Shown here in pieces: positions 13,328-27,771 of a stretch of DNA of 64,000 bases. Origin of the DNA: Phoronis australis (taxonomy: Eukaryota > Animalia > Phoronida); contig NMRA01000406.1 in the NCBI GenBank assembly GCA_002633005.1, positions 193,942-257,941 on the forward strand, written 5' to 3'. The notes below the pieces were generated by a model, which saw only the letters and a program-made list of their open reading frames with translations, did not search any database and was not told the DNA's origin. Every line of letters starts with the position of its first letter. Position 1 is the first letter of the stretch. Both the position numbers and the translations under genes were made by a program.

Positions 13328-16300
13328 TATGCACACAAGCATTTCAGAATCAGCTCATTCCAATTTTGCTAAACCCATAACATGCAAATAGCATCACAGT
13401 TTACAGTTATTTATAAGTTCATTGATTTTCTTGGGATTCTGCCTAGTTGACTTTTTGTGTCAATGAATAAATGGTAAAGTTCTAAACACCGAACAATGTT
13501 AACAACACAAAGTGACGGTAATAAATACTAAGCTAACTATAGGCCATGCTGATTTCCTGCTTGAGGTTGAATTATCAAGAGGAAATTGAACAAAAACTAG
13601 CAAATGGTGAAAAACTAATCTATAAATTTCCAGGGTCTGTTGCTACTGGGTGATTCCAGGCAGCCTTGATGTGACAAGGACCGTGTATTGATCTGAAAAA
13701 ATGTGTGAAGATAGATTGAAGGGATCACTGTCAGGTCAGATTTAATGAAAGTTATCTGGTATTAGATTGGGTCATAAATAATGAAAAGTATCAAAAATGT
13801 TTTTAATCCCCCTTCTGATGGAATACAATCTGCTTGCTATAAGACACTTGAGTGAGGTTACATTAACATATTTAAACAGGTTGTGTGGCAGACATTATCT
13901 GATTACATATTTTCATTTGAACATACAGTTTTTACAGAGGCATAATTGCTTTCAATATCATTAAGAGAAAGCATGTTACCACATCACATGAGAAGGAAAC
14001 TCAATGCAAAATGTCATGAAAAAAAAGTAACTAGTAAGATTTCAACATTTTGTAAAGCTGCTTCTCGGGATCAAAACAACGACAATAAAAATGGAAGTCA
14101 CGCCCTCTCAGAACGAGGACAATATGAATAAAAGGCATGCACTCTCAAAATGCTGAAAGAACCATTTTGCCACCAGACTCATTCCTGGTCACATGGTCAG
14201 TTGAAATCCTTTACCTACGTAGTAACAAAATAGCTGAGTATGGAACGACAAAATATTTGTAGTAACAAAATACCTGCACAGTGGCGAAATACCTTTCCAG
14301 TAAAAAAGGATGGACATGCAAAAGATGAAATCATTTAGGAACTCTCTTGTAAAACAAGCATTTCCCAATACTATTTTACCCTTCAGAAATAGAATTAAAA
14401 GTCAACAAACATTTCAGGTCATATTATATTTTGTTGACTAACAACACATGCAATATACCTAAGGCTGAATGTGCAAGCAAGAATGCTCCATGTAAAAGTA
14501 AGAGAAGACGGACATTTTACTGAAATGATGAGTAAAAAAAGTAACTGATATTTCTAATATTTCTCCAATATTTGACGACAGAAAAGAATCATTGCAGCGT
14601 TTGTTCAAGTTAATGTTCTGGTTTCACTTCCAAGTCATGCAAATTTCATTCATAAATGTTCTTGTTCAGATTTGCCCATTGGCTAGTTTCCAGTAACTTC
14701 CCTGTCCATACTTGGACAACCATAGTAATTATAGTAAACAATGCAGGAAGGTGGAATTGCCACAACTATTCCTGGGTCAGGGACTGTGGTCACACAGCAT
14801 TCTGGGATATACCAAACAAGGGGGAATTCTGTGGCTGATTCATGCATTCTCCAGTCTGCTGATGTCATAGTACTGTCACTGATCTTACGGATGAATGGGC
14901 AGCAAGTTATGCCAGGAACTCAACAGTCTACTTGGTTTGCATTTCCTACATTTTAATTAGTTTAATTCATGTCACATTTAGATGACGTTCATCTAGCAAA
15001 GACTGAAATTATACACCGCATGTTATATTACTTATACTAATAAAACCACCAAACACAAAATTGTCAATTTTTCTGGCTCACAAATTGTCCATAATGTAAA
15101 CTATATTTCTCAAGAAAATGTACATAAACTTAAATTCCTTAAATTCTGGTGACCAAAGGTCATTCACAGTAATTCATTCCATAGTCAGTGACAATAGATA
15201 TGTTTAAGGTCTGACCATGTATAGGAAAGCGGCACTTGTTTCTTATGACAACCACTTCTTCCAATAACGTTTTCTCAAATACAGAATACACCATAAAGCC
15301 CCAAGGCCAAAAAAATAGTTGACAGGAACAACAAGATGCTAAGGTGATGCATATCATCTTGTAAAGTGACAGCCTTTTAAGAGTTTTCGTATTTTACCGT
15401 ATGTTATGGTATGCTACATTGGTTATAAACAAAATGTTTTTGCGAATGGAATTTTGGTTATAAATGCCAACTTAATCTCAGCAGGGTGAGACTTTTTACT
15501 TTAATAAAATCAATTAAGAGACAAAGATGCCAGCTTAGTAAGTAGCACTGTAAGGTGATTGCACCTATTGGTAATAGTGCAACTTTTCATGGTCATAGTG
15601 CACTTCTAATGGTTGCTAGTACTACTTATGTATATGGACATGGTTCAGTCATACTGACATCTCTAATAGAATGCACCATAAGTCAAATTTCATGAAACTG
15701 GCATGGAATGTCTCGACAATGAAAACAAAATTAAAATTGCAAGTTGCTTGGGTATGTTGCAAGGAATTCTCGCCACAGAGCATAAATAACTGATGAGCAC
15801 ATGAAGTGGATCAGTGTGTCAATCACAAGTCACCTTGACACACACACACATATCCACATATGGTCAAGAATCCATCTTGTAGACAATCTGTTACCATGCA
15901 GACATATGCTTCTCATTGGCATAGCTGACAAATTTACCTTATGTTTAGTAGACCTATTAGTTTTTTGTCAACTATTTATTGTGGTTAATGAGTCACGTAA
16001 TAAGGGAGACTTGCAACCAAACATTGTGATGACGTCAGTGTGTCCACTGTATTGTCATTTTACCGACACAAGCAGTGTTAATGCTCATCCATGTACCGTT
16101 TGAATCTGAGCAATGTAAACAGTGAATTTCTTGTGGTTCATGAATCAGGACATGACGACATCAACTCTTACTAGCACAGCACTTTCAAGGTAGAAAATAG
16201 TAAGGTAGACATTCTTGTGGTAATTACTCAGTCAAATTTGACTCCTTTCGGTAACCATAGCGATAGCTGTCACATACAATTAGGACCTGAAGATGTAGCA

Positions 16301-16389
16301 TCAGAGTATTCAGTTCTTGACAGTCAAGCTGGCCAGTTGGAGTGATACTAACTAACATTGGAGCCAGGCCGATAAAGGTGAGAGATGTG

Positions 16390-16650
16390 GACTAGGCTAG
16401 GATACAGTGTGGATCCATGGAACTAGATTAGTACGGAGTCATGTGGACCATTGCAACAGGGTTAGGACACAGTGTGGATAGGTTAGGATGCAATGTGGAT
16501 CCATGAAAATAGGTTAGGATATTATGTAGATCAAAAAAATAGGCAACGATGCAGTGTGCATATGAAGACTAGGCTAGGGTGCAGTATGGATGCATGGAAT
16601 TAGATTAGCCGGGATTCAGTGTGGATATATGGAAGTAGGTTTCGATACAA
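16390..16650. repeat. Degenerate ~30-bp tandem repeat (taggttaggatacagtgtggatccatgga-like)
   Basis: About 8 imperfect copies. Confidence 0.75.
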
Positions 16651-19600
16651 AATGCTGTCCAGATGCAAATTCATACATTTATAGTTTTATTGGTTTCCAC
16701 TTTATTACTTAATAGGGATTTGAGCACATAACATTATAAGTATGCCCGTTCAGAATGACATTAACATATACGGGTAGATTATTAAATATGAGGTAACCAA
16801 AGGCAATATCTTGGTTCCGCATTCATTTCCATTCAGTAAAAACAATGTGCTCATTTCGGAGCATTATACTTTAGAAATGACAGACATGATTTAAACAAAA
16901 CGTTCAGATAACATGCTTTACATATTCTCTGTAAAACACTTAGAAAATAATTTCAAAACGTTCTACTTTTGCATGTCTGAAAGGATACCGAAACTAGGTC
17001 TTACATAAAACAAAAGAAACAAAGAATTAAAAGACTTTAACAGTGCTTTTGAGATTTTATCTACATCAAAATAAATTGATACTGTTTTACTAACAATGAC
17101 CCTTACATTTTGCTTAATTTTACTTAAGCACATCTTTATGTGAACCAAGTAATGGCAAATTGATATAAGGTTAAAATTCAAATTCTACATGCTTTCTACT
17201 TTCAGGAAATATGTATTTTATTAAAAATTGTATAATTTTTTTAAACACTTGGCTTCGTGCACAGAATTGCCTTATAAGGCCCCACATAAGCCACTGTCAT
17301 TGGCCGTTCTGGATATGCCTACGGTAGTGTGTGTATGACAGTTAACAATCATAATATTTTCCTCTGGTCAAATTATGGTTGCAAAAGTGCCTTCTAATGT
17401 CATCCACTCCAGAACAGTGAAGTGTTTCTTGCATATCTCTGAGAATGTTTATTGAATTATTTATACAAACTTTAAATTACAACATCTGTTATCTGAACAC
17501 ACACAGCATCTATGAGCCTTAAATAAACAGTGTCAAAGAAGATAATCAGTTGTGTGTTGACACTGGCATTGAAATGAAGGAGATAAGCAAGTATATTAGC
17601 CAAACCATTAACTCACTGTTATGACAAATTAATACACCCAGACACCTTCAACAACTGCTCATCTCAATGGCAGTCAAATAACTTGTTGCTTTGAATATAT
17701 TTACCACTAGTTTGTGACAAACTCCAATATTTGTCTCAAACGCAGCAACAATTACATTAATTCTGTTCTAGCCATAATGATGACTATGGAGCTGACAGTT
17801 TCTTACACTGAGTATTTGAAAGTGCTAGAGTTATGAATACAGGAAAGAATGTTCAAACGAGAATCGGGTGGACTTTGTAAACTTTACCAGTTCTCTCATA
17901 TAATAGCAATAAAGATTTGAGGAAACGGCTTTATCACACATGGACCTCATGTTGAGAACTGTTCTTGACACAGAACGTGTTATCCGTGTCAGCCACTTTT
18001 ACAAGCAGAAGCTTCGTTTGCACGATTTGACGCGAAGCCTTGATTGCACGATTTAAAACATCATAAATAAAGAGAGGCGGACATGGCATGTTCTGTTCCT
18101 TTGCAGTCTCTAACAGCCAATATGTTAAATCAATTAATAACCGACTAATTACATGAGGCGTACACTACATAAAAACCATTCATTGAGGGCAGCGATGGCC
18201 CTTCGTGCTTGATATTGGTGGACTATTAACATGGCACTGTCATTCAGCACACAACTCTTGGACAGCATCTGACGTGGGCGTTTAAATGACTAGGAATGGT
18301 AACCCTGACTGTTTTCATGTGAGTGTACTGTACGATAATGCCAGTCTTTTACTTGCAATAATTATGTCAGTCTTCCTTATTTCTAATAAGAATTATGTCA
18401 GTCTTTCTTATTTCTTGTAATAATTTACCAGTCTTTCTTACTTCTAAAACTAAACACCATTTCTATTTGCTGAATGCTTGTGTTATACATAATCTATTGC
18501 TAGTCTAACAATTGAGAGGACTTTTTAGTACTTTCTAGTTAAAGATGTAAGAAGATAACCAGGGACTTGTTTCATGAATAATGACTTAAAGCATGGTCTT
18601 CTGCTCTCACCTCACAATTATTGAATAAAGGTTTAGCCAAGTAATTATGAGCCATCACAGTCTAGAAATCATTTATAGAAATTATATCACTAACAGTTAT
18701 GTGTGTATTCTAAGACACTTTGCCCTTTTGCTCAAGTGAAACAGACCCAGGCTAAATAGTAGAAATGAAAGATAGAACCATCCCCAAGTGAAAGTAAAGT
18801 TTGTTTATCAGTGCAATTGAGAAAACTATGGTTATATAATATTGTACATGTAGTAAATCACAAAAAGTAAACTGAGCTTAAACAAAATCTGACCTAACAT
18901 TGTCCTGGGATAACCTAACCAACTTGGCAAAAGTGAAAATGACCGAGGCTGGTGAAAATAAACCTAATTTGTGGCAAGTTTGCCTCACTTAAAAGTTATT
19001 TATGCTGTACGCTTTGAAATTTAATGGTGATGCAAAAATTACTCACGAACAGAAAATGCACTTTAGGAAAACTAATCTTTGTCAAAATCTATAGGCTACC
19101 CTCGGTAACACATCAAGTTATATGATTGCAGAAACTGATTTGGTTACAGTTCAGATTTCGATCAAGATATTCCTCACTGATTAGTGCATCTTTTGTAGAG
19201 GAATTTCATCAAGCAGGTCGATTATTAATTAATCAAACATATATTGGTACACAGCAATGACTGATTGCCCGCACCAACTCAAACACCAGTGAGACAGTTA
19301 TGTCAACTATTGATCTGTTGGTGTCATGCAGTGCACATAACCAGGTGAACATGACAGACGGGTTCACCTCAGTTTTCAAACATCAAACATTGTAGCCTGT
19401 GGTGGTAATAGAAATCTGATATTTTAGTGGTTGGTTCAGATATGCATCATTAGCTCACCACCCTATCAAACAAATGAGTTTACATGAAATACATTTTGAA
19501 GTGCCTGCAGAAACATTGTCCTTCCAGTCCCATTCCACTCTTATAGGTGGTGTTTTCATACAGGTGTAAATAGCTTTTAACAGACTTCATAACTAGGTGA

Positions 19601-22600
19601 ACATCAATAAAGGTTCAAAACTGTTCAATCCGGTCACTCTCAACCATTCACCACCACCCACAAAAGGTTACAGCCAGCCTTTCAACTACAGCTCACAATA
19701 GCAATACGATCCTGCAACTGATTGCAGATATGTATTGAATTAAAAAATTAGGTTATTATACATTCATTCCTCAATAGCATTGTTCACTCAGTTCCACCTG
19801 GTGATTACAAACCGTCACGAACAGCATGATATTATGCTATGTACGGTAAACATTCTCCAGCTTGAGTAGTGAAAAATTAATTATTTTGTTCAAGGTCAGA
19901 TATTTAATCAAATTTTAGAAAATAATAGGCATTAATGATCATCCCAAATTCAACAAAGAATATTTCATCTTGATGTTGCACATAATAATGCTGCATCCAT
20001 GGTTACGTTTTATGATTTTACCAGACAGTCGATACAAACGCACTGTATGATCTTTGAGAAATACAATGAGGCATCAAAATTGTCTAAGTTCCAATCCTAA
20101 GAATCAAGAAAATTCCATTTCAGCTTGAATTTCAGCGTCTAAAAAATGTAGACTGTCTCAAGCTGACGAATTTTTACTGTACCTGGCATTATGTCAAAGA
20201 AACAAACTTTAACTTCAGACCACTTATCACTATAAATCACTTAACACTGTAAAACAGGTGTTTACTTGTTCCTACTGTAGGGAGATGGATTCTGGACTCA
20301 TAAATAACCAACAATTTGTTATTGCTCAGGACCAGGCAGGGTACATAAATGACTTACCCTAATAACTCACTGAGCCTGGTCTCAAGCAATAAACCAACTG
20401 TCTGTTCTTTCTAGTTTCAAATTACCTCTTATTTGAGCAAGTAACAAGTTAGGACCAACAATACTATTAACAGTCCAAATAAAGGATTCCTTCAAAGTTT
20501 CACAGAAATGGACAATATCATGATGAGGAAGATGTCAGTGGGACACTAGCGACAATGGAAGCAACAATTGACATCAATGATTATAAACACTGATTCATAG
20601 CCATAGAAAGTAAATAAGTGAAATTTCAGGCATGGAAGGATTAAAAATCATATTCTCGACATCACTAAATACTTTTGTAAGACACTTGATCCTAAGGCAT
20701 TGGTTATCGACAACAGAATCATTTTCACCAGTTTATTTGTAAGACAAAGGGCCCAACAAGCTACTTCCAGTGAAGGACCACGTGCATTTAAAGGTTCAGG
20801 GACACCATCATTTGTTTATGAGCATCCTTTGAGCAGACCAACAAGTGTACACCTGAAGATGTATTACCCTGCAGTCCCTGTACCCTGTCACCAACACAAT
20901 AGGACAAGTGTATACACTTCAGAGCACTTCAATACACATAATTCAGGTTTGCTGACAAAACTCAGCTTTGAGGTCATACAGCCATTTGATCAGCAATGCA
21001 TGGCAACAATTGGTATAAAGTTTATATAGGTTAATTCACCTGCCATATAAGTAAGGTGTGATAAAGAAGCCTTCAGGTAAGGTTCTATTCAAGGTGGCCT
21101 CTCCAGAAGATATTTGTATAGGTAATAACATCTTGCAAAGGACAACGAAAACCACTGATCAATCTGATAAAACCATGTTGAGATGGATTTCAATATTTTG
21201 TAAAAATGCAGGTAACTTAAGTTTCTGAAGAGAGCTGGGTCAAATGATTTAGAGTATGCTGGTATTTTTGTGTATTGTTCAAGTTCACAAATCTACACCT
21301 GTCAGGTGACATTATGCTGGCAGTTTGTGATGCAAGAGTTCCACTCCAATTAATAATGAGGTTAATTACATCAAAGCCTCTTCTCAACAATACAGGTTAA
21401 AGTCATCACCTGTATACACATCCTGCCCACATGACCTTAAAACTAGGTCGCAACTTGATGGCTTACTGAAAATCATGCTACTTTATAAGATATACAAAGG
21501 AGTGCATATTTGATTCACACACATTCTTATGATTGTGTAATTAAAAATGAAAAGTTGTAATAACATTCATCTAAAGCAAACACCAATGGCATATTACCGT
21601 AAGCATTCGGTTAAGATAACTCATTCACCAAAATAACTTGGCATGTAGAGTAAGGGTGAAAGTCTGCACTGCTTCAGAGATAGGTATTTTCACCTGTATT
21701 CCACCTACTTAGGTGATCAGGTGATACAGTAACCTGCAGACTGTCTCTGGGCTAGAAGATAAAGGGAATCTAGATAGATGGCTAGGACTCGCAGTGGCAA
21801 TGGATAAACTTCACCTTTAGGGGCATCAAGCGCGCACGGGAGGAGGGCGTGTTGCAATTTTTATGTAAACGATAATCACCTGAATTTTCAGATAGGATTG
21901 ATGGTAAATTTTTATTGATTGAACAAGAGAAAGTTGAAAAAATTAGACAGGTTTGAGGAATTGGAAATAAGATGGAAAGAGAATGTACTACTTAAGCAAA
22001 ATATCTAACGACTTGCAATAGTGTTAGTCAGTAGTGGTACCAAATGTAACATTTATTCATGCAGTTTACCATTGGTGTTGGTACCGGTAATATACAACAG
22101 TCAAAGGTAATGCAGTGAGTTACACATACAACATTTTCAGGCTATCTTCTTCTTAATTCAATGCCTTAGCAAGTGTAAAAGAAATAAACGATGCAATACA
22201 AGAGCTGTTATTATAATAGAATAGTGACTTTGATCAATAAATCACCTAGAAAACTGTGCATAAAATTCAGCACAGCTACTGTGTAATTGTGTAATTAAGA
22301 AGGTGTGGAGACTACCAGAATTAGGTCACAGCTTTTATTTAATAGGCAATTGGAAGAAATTCAGACAGCAGTGGCAATTAATTGCATATGGTTAAGTTAA
22401 TTAGACACACTGATTTTGTACTTCAAAGCTATAAAGTAACTTCAACCCCAGTAAATTAGCTTAATTAATTTCACAAGCCACCTGCCAATCATATCTCTGT
22501 GTCCGGTCTCTAATCCTTCCTGCCCTCACTCAGCCCCCATCCCCCCATCCCCCCATCTCTCAATCATCTCGCGCTGTCTTTAACCTTTCCCCCTCAATAT

Positions 22601-25600
22601 TCTCCCAACCTTCCTAACGTTCTTCTACTGGCTTTTTTGCATCAGTGTAAAATATACAGACACGGTTTACAAAATATTTAGATGGTCCAAACATCCCTCA
22701 CTTCCACATACACGCAATCCTGGATCACCAGTTCAGCAAAGAATCAAAAAGCTATTACAAAGTAACTGAAAAAGCAGATCATCTTATAACAAATCATGGA
22801 AGCCGCCAATTTCTCTTGAAAATAAATTTTCTATGAAATTGTTAAAATATATCAACTGACGACACGTGTTTCTCAATACAGTAATTCCTAAATTTGACAT
22901 TTTCTCATTTTTCAAAGTCTGCCTTACTTTACAGAAAATAATGGGATTTACCAAAAGTTGTTTTATCATATCTCCACAGTAGAAAGCATACTAGTAACAG
23001 ACTAAAATATCCCCGATATTTATTTTTGTGGGGAAATTTGACAAAATAGAGTTTCAATTACGTTGTGTGCTAAATAAGTGAATTAAATACTTATAAATAG
23101 AATATTTTCCTAACACTAAAATAAAATTTATCACCGTTTCCCTGCTTGTCCAAATATTATAGTCTTTTCATCCAGCACTATGTCATCAATAGGGAAAAAT
23201 AAACTCAATAAAGCCTGCCAAACATTTTAGCAATTTGCCAGTTAACAAAGAGGTGCATCATGGTCTACAAATATTATTCATAAAATACACAAGTAGAGAA
23301 CGGAGCGACACCAATTTTGAGTAAAAAGAAATTCGCCCCAATAATTCTGAGACAGAGGGAACTGGGACCATTTAAGTTTCACATCACCATAGAAGGTTAT
23401 GCAATTCCTGTAAAATTGTTCCACCAATCGTCATTTTCAATATCTAAGTCTATGGACAATGTATGCCCTGATTTTGGACAACTGCTTGGCTTTTAGCTAC
23501 TCTAGGCAGGAAATAGTTTTTACTTGCTTTTCATTATAAAGTGTAGAACTTTCAAGTAATCTTAAGTGATACTATGGTACATTGCCTTGATAACAGAATG
23601 GTTAGTGGACCACAATTCAATTCCTTTAGAATGCTACAATAAGAAATATGCAGAATAGGCATTTTATAAATATTTTAGGATTGTAATGATTTCTATGGGT
23701 GAGCTGCTTCACTGAACACTTAGTTGACAGTACATACAGAGGCATTGTTCATGTATGACTCACATCTCTCAAGGCAATCTAGAGCTTCAGCCAGTAATCA
23801 CAGGGTTTTGCTTCAACTAGAACATTAACTGCCCAGACACAAAATAATGCTTTTTTTCTCCAACTGTTATCTAGGCTGACATCACATTAAATATTCAATG
23901 CAGCAACCAAGTCAAATATCTTGTCAGAATAAATGACTAGTTGTTGTTGATAGAGCATGTTTCAAGCACTGTTCAAGTACTTATAATGTAACCTAACTCA
24001 CCAGTCTACAAGTATAAGTATATGTACCGTGACAAAACATTAATTTCTGTGTAGTGAAATTGTCATGATTACATTCGCAATTACTGCTTATCGTGACTCA
24101 AGTTTCAGAGAAAAAAATTTGAATGGAAATATGAAACAGCACTTAACGGTATGTATTATAATGCAGTAGTATTCGAATTGACAAATATTTTTTTTTTTGA
24201 AATTTATTTTATCATGCATCACACATTTAAGTTCATGGCAAACATAATCATAAAATTCTGATTGCATTAAACAATTATCACAAAATTTATTTCCACCCAC
24301 AAAAATAATTGAAATACTTTTATGTACTTAACTTAGCTTGACTTCACGCATATGTGCAGACAACAACTTGATGTGTGCATTGTACAGAAACCATAGTCAT
24401 AAGTTTTAAACATGAAGTGGCTTACACAACTTAAAAGTTTGAAAACAGTGTTAGTAGTGCAGTGGCAGAGAGTATGAGCTATTGTATATCATCCTAGGCA
24501 ACAGGAAGTGCAGTCGTGTTTTTAATCAAGTTTACCATAAAAGTTGCACGTGACGAAAAACAGTTAGTTGATAATTCAAAGATCAGATTCAGATTTATTA
24601 ACTGCTGGAATTCTAACAAATAATGTAGAATTGTGTGATAATATTGAACAGTTAAAACGAACTTTATTGAAATGCGATTGATAATTACAGGGTAGCACTT
24701 CATTAAAAACCTTTATACGGGAATAAATGACATTGAACAACAGAACACAGGTTCAATCAGTAAATTTTAAAATACAATCAAAACACAACATTGTGTTATA
24801 CCACAGATTATCAACTACACAGAAGAGTCTTGTACCACAGTTAAACGAGACCATTGATTTAACCTAAAATGTGCAGTTTTTGTGACCTATGAAGATGATA
24901 GTGCAAAGTTCACCGAAACTCCGATAATCAATACATCTGGAGCTGTGAAGTCCCAGTGGAACTGTCCTCTGCAGCCATCTTGAGCCTGACATCTAATCAG
25001 ATTATAAACAATGACATCAAGTCTAGTCATGAGATAAAAATCCTTTCTTTTACAATATATAAAAGGTAAACCATCTGACTTCTTAAAATGGCAAAATGCT
25101 TGAAATTATAAACGATCTGACTTCTTAAAATGGCAAAATGCGACTTAAGCTGTTTGTATTGAATTCACAAGATTGTATCTCATTGCATCAAAAGAAAAAA
25201 GAGAGCAAAGTAATCAATACCGTTCTGTGAATAAGAAATACACATGAGACAAGATTGGAAATTTAATGTGGGCAACTTGTCTGAATTGAGAAAAAGCTGA
25301 AGTTGACATGAAATTTTTTGTTCCGATTCACCCAAGTGTAAGCAACAGCAATTGTCTGTATTAACACGTAAATTCCAAAACAAGAGTATTCTTTTTCATC
25401 TTCATTGCTATCATCTTGTATCAATATGGCTGGCAAGTTAAATTCTATGTTGTCAAGATTTCTTCACAAAAGAAAACAATATTAACACTTTAGTCTATTT
25501 CCGTCGTGGTTTGTAGTGTGTAGATGTCGGAAATCAAAATTTGGTAAAATTTCAATTATTTGCAGCATGGTAATCAGCCTTTGAAAATTAGAAAAATTAT

Positions 25601-26580
25601 TATTTTATCAATTATTTTTTGCGAAATTAGTGAAAAGTACTGTAGCCTAAACCAGCGATGTCATGTTGCTAAGATAAACAACACCATACCTTAGCAGGTG
25701 TCTGGGCTACAGTTTCAACACCAAAAGACAGAACTGACAATATTTATTTCCTTGTATAGAGGAAATGAGGTATGTAAAAGATTTGCTCGAGTTTCACAAC
25801 TCCTACATGGTTTGATATAACCGCTTGTAAATACTGACAATAAAAAGTCTATTTGAACAAGATAAGGTGACACAGTTGTGTGATGTAGTGTGCACAAGCA
25901 ATGTTTTAACCTCAGGTGTGTCTCAGTTTTAACTATGTCTACAGATATGCCTGTTGAATTATCTGTGATAAATCAGGTAGTGAACTCACTCACTGGGTCG
26001 GCCCAGTCATAATTCAGATCAGCCAATCAGAGCATAACCACAAGGACTTCTCACTTGGGCATAACCCTTCATCATTCATGCATTTGATGACAGATTACAC
26101 GGTCATATTTGGAGATTGTACGTGATTTGTATAGGAAGCGTTCCGTCACAGTGTATTGGCTGCAGTTGACTCTATGAGGACAAATAGTATGAAAGATATG
26201 CCATACTTCAGGTTGGTGGATTAAGTTTTGATGACCTGGTTTTGGATGTCATCCAGTCAATTTAAATGTGAAAGTACAGATTGATGTGTTTGTTTAATCA
26301 GTTGTAAAAATACTGTATTTCTACTAAGGAACTTTCAGGTCTCAGTGGTCTTGTTTCGTGTCTAAAAATATCTACAAAAACTGCTTTCCCATTGACCAAA
26401 CCGCAGTAAAGAGCTAGTGAAATATACCATAAGATAATTAAGATAAGAAACGGTAGTAAAAAGTCATCGTTTTAAAGTCATCGTTTCCATGGACTGGATT
26501 TAAAACTCACTGCAGTAAAGAACTAAGATTAAACGGATTAAGACCACAGACTGTGTGATGAACATTTAGGACGAGACCTG

Positions 26581-26700
26581 GCTCAAGTTCAATATCTGTC
26601 TCGTGGTGAGAAAAATCTAGCCAAAATCACGTGCTTTCATTAAAAATGAATGGCAAGATCTTGCATTTCTAGCAAGACACTAGTATTATTGAACTCGACC
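26581..26700. mobile_element. 120-bp MITE with CTG target-site duplication
   Basis: ctg|gctcaagttcaata ... tattgaactcgacc|ctg. Confidence 0.65.
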
Positions 26701-27360
26701 CTGGATGAAGGTGGAGCCAAAATGAAGTTCAGTGAGATGATCAGTCACAGAAATTGCATTGCTCAGACTTAGCAGGATTGAAGTTTCGACAAGAGACCAA
26801 TTTGAACTTCTGACTTTCTGGAAGCTCATATTTTTTAATTCTAATGCGATCGAATGACAGAGATTGAATAGAGGACAGTGAAGTGAAATTGACTCACGTC
26901 AAACCGACAAGACAACTTTACTGTGGTAGCCATGTTTATTCTGGTGAATTAAGCAATCCTACAGACTTATCCTGCTCTATTTTACGCTAGCTAAATCCAG
27001 GTTCTGAAGAGGAGTAAATTACAATACCGCAGTAAATTTTGTCCGGTAGTAAATGACCGTGCCCATTAAAGTTAAGCCATTTGAGGTCAGTGAAGAATGT
27101 TACACTGGGGGAGTAAAGGTGCAATAGAATGAAAGCAGTTAAAGTTAAACAGATTTCAAAAGTAATAAAGCAAGTTTCTCTGGACAAATCTGAACATCCG
27201 ACATCTTGTAGGATACCTTGAAAATAGTTTTAGATACCCTAGTTATCCAAATCAAAGCATGTGGATGATGATCTTGAAATTTTCAATTTTGAATACCTTC
27301 AATAAAGACACAATGTTATGTAATAACGCCATACATGACAAACAAGAATTGTGTTGTATG

Positions 27361-27771
27361 TGCCGTTTACACTTACAAAGTTGACACGGATCAGCTGACA
27401 TGGAACAAGTTGTTCCAGTGCGTAAACGGACTGACACGGAGAAAATTGACACCGCGGTGACAAATTTTTGCCACCCGTTTGTGAGTTAGAGCAATTTGCG
27501 CCCGAACATCTTGCGCCGTGTCAATTATAAGTCTAAACGCGAAACTGCAGCGAGGCGGAAAGGATCATCTCTACTGCGCTTGTGCAATGACCTTCGTACA
27601 GGTTCTGCAACTCTCGTCATTTGTAAACCTGCGCATGTGCGATCCAGTCTCTCCAGCCAGTAATTTCCATCTTGCCATGGTTAGTGAGTTGCGTGTGTAA
27701 ACAGCCGCTTGACACGGGTCAACTTTCTCCGTGTCAGTTGCGCCGGACCAAACGTTGATGTCTAAACGGGA
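27361..27771. mobile_element. Harbinger-type MITE
   Basis: Termini ccgtttacac / gtctaaacgg; internal inverted repeat ctgacacggagaaaattgac versus gtcaactttctccgtgtcag; CpG-rich. Confidence 0.7.
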
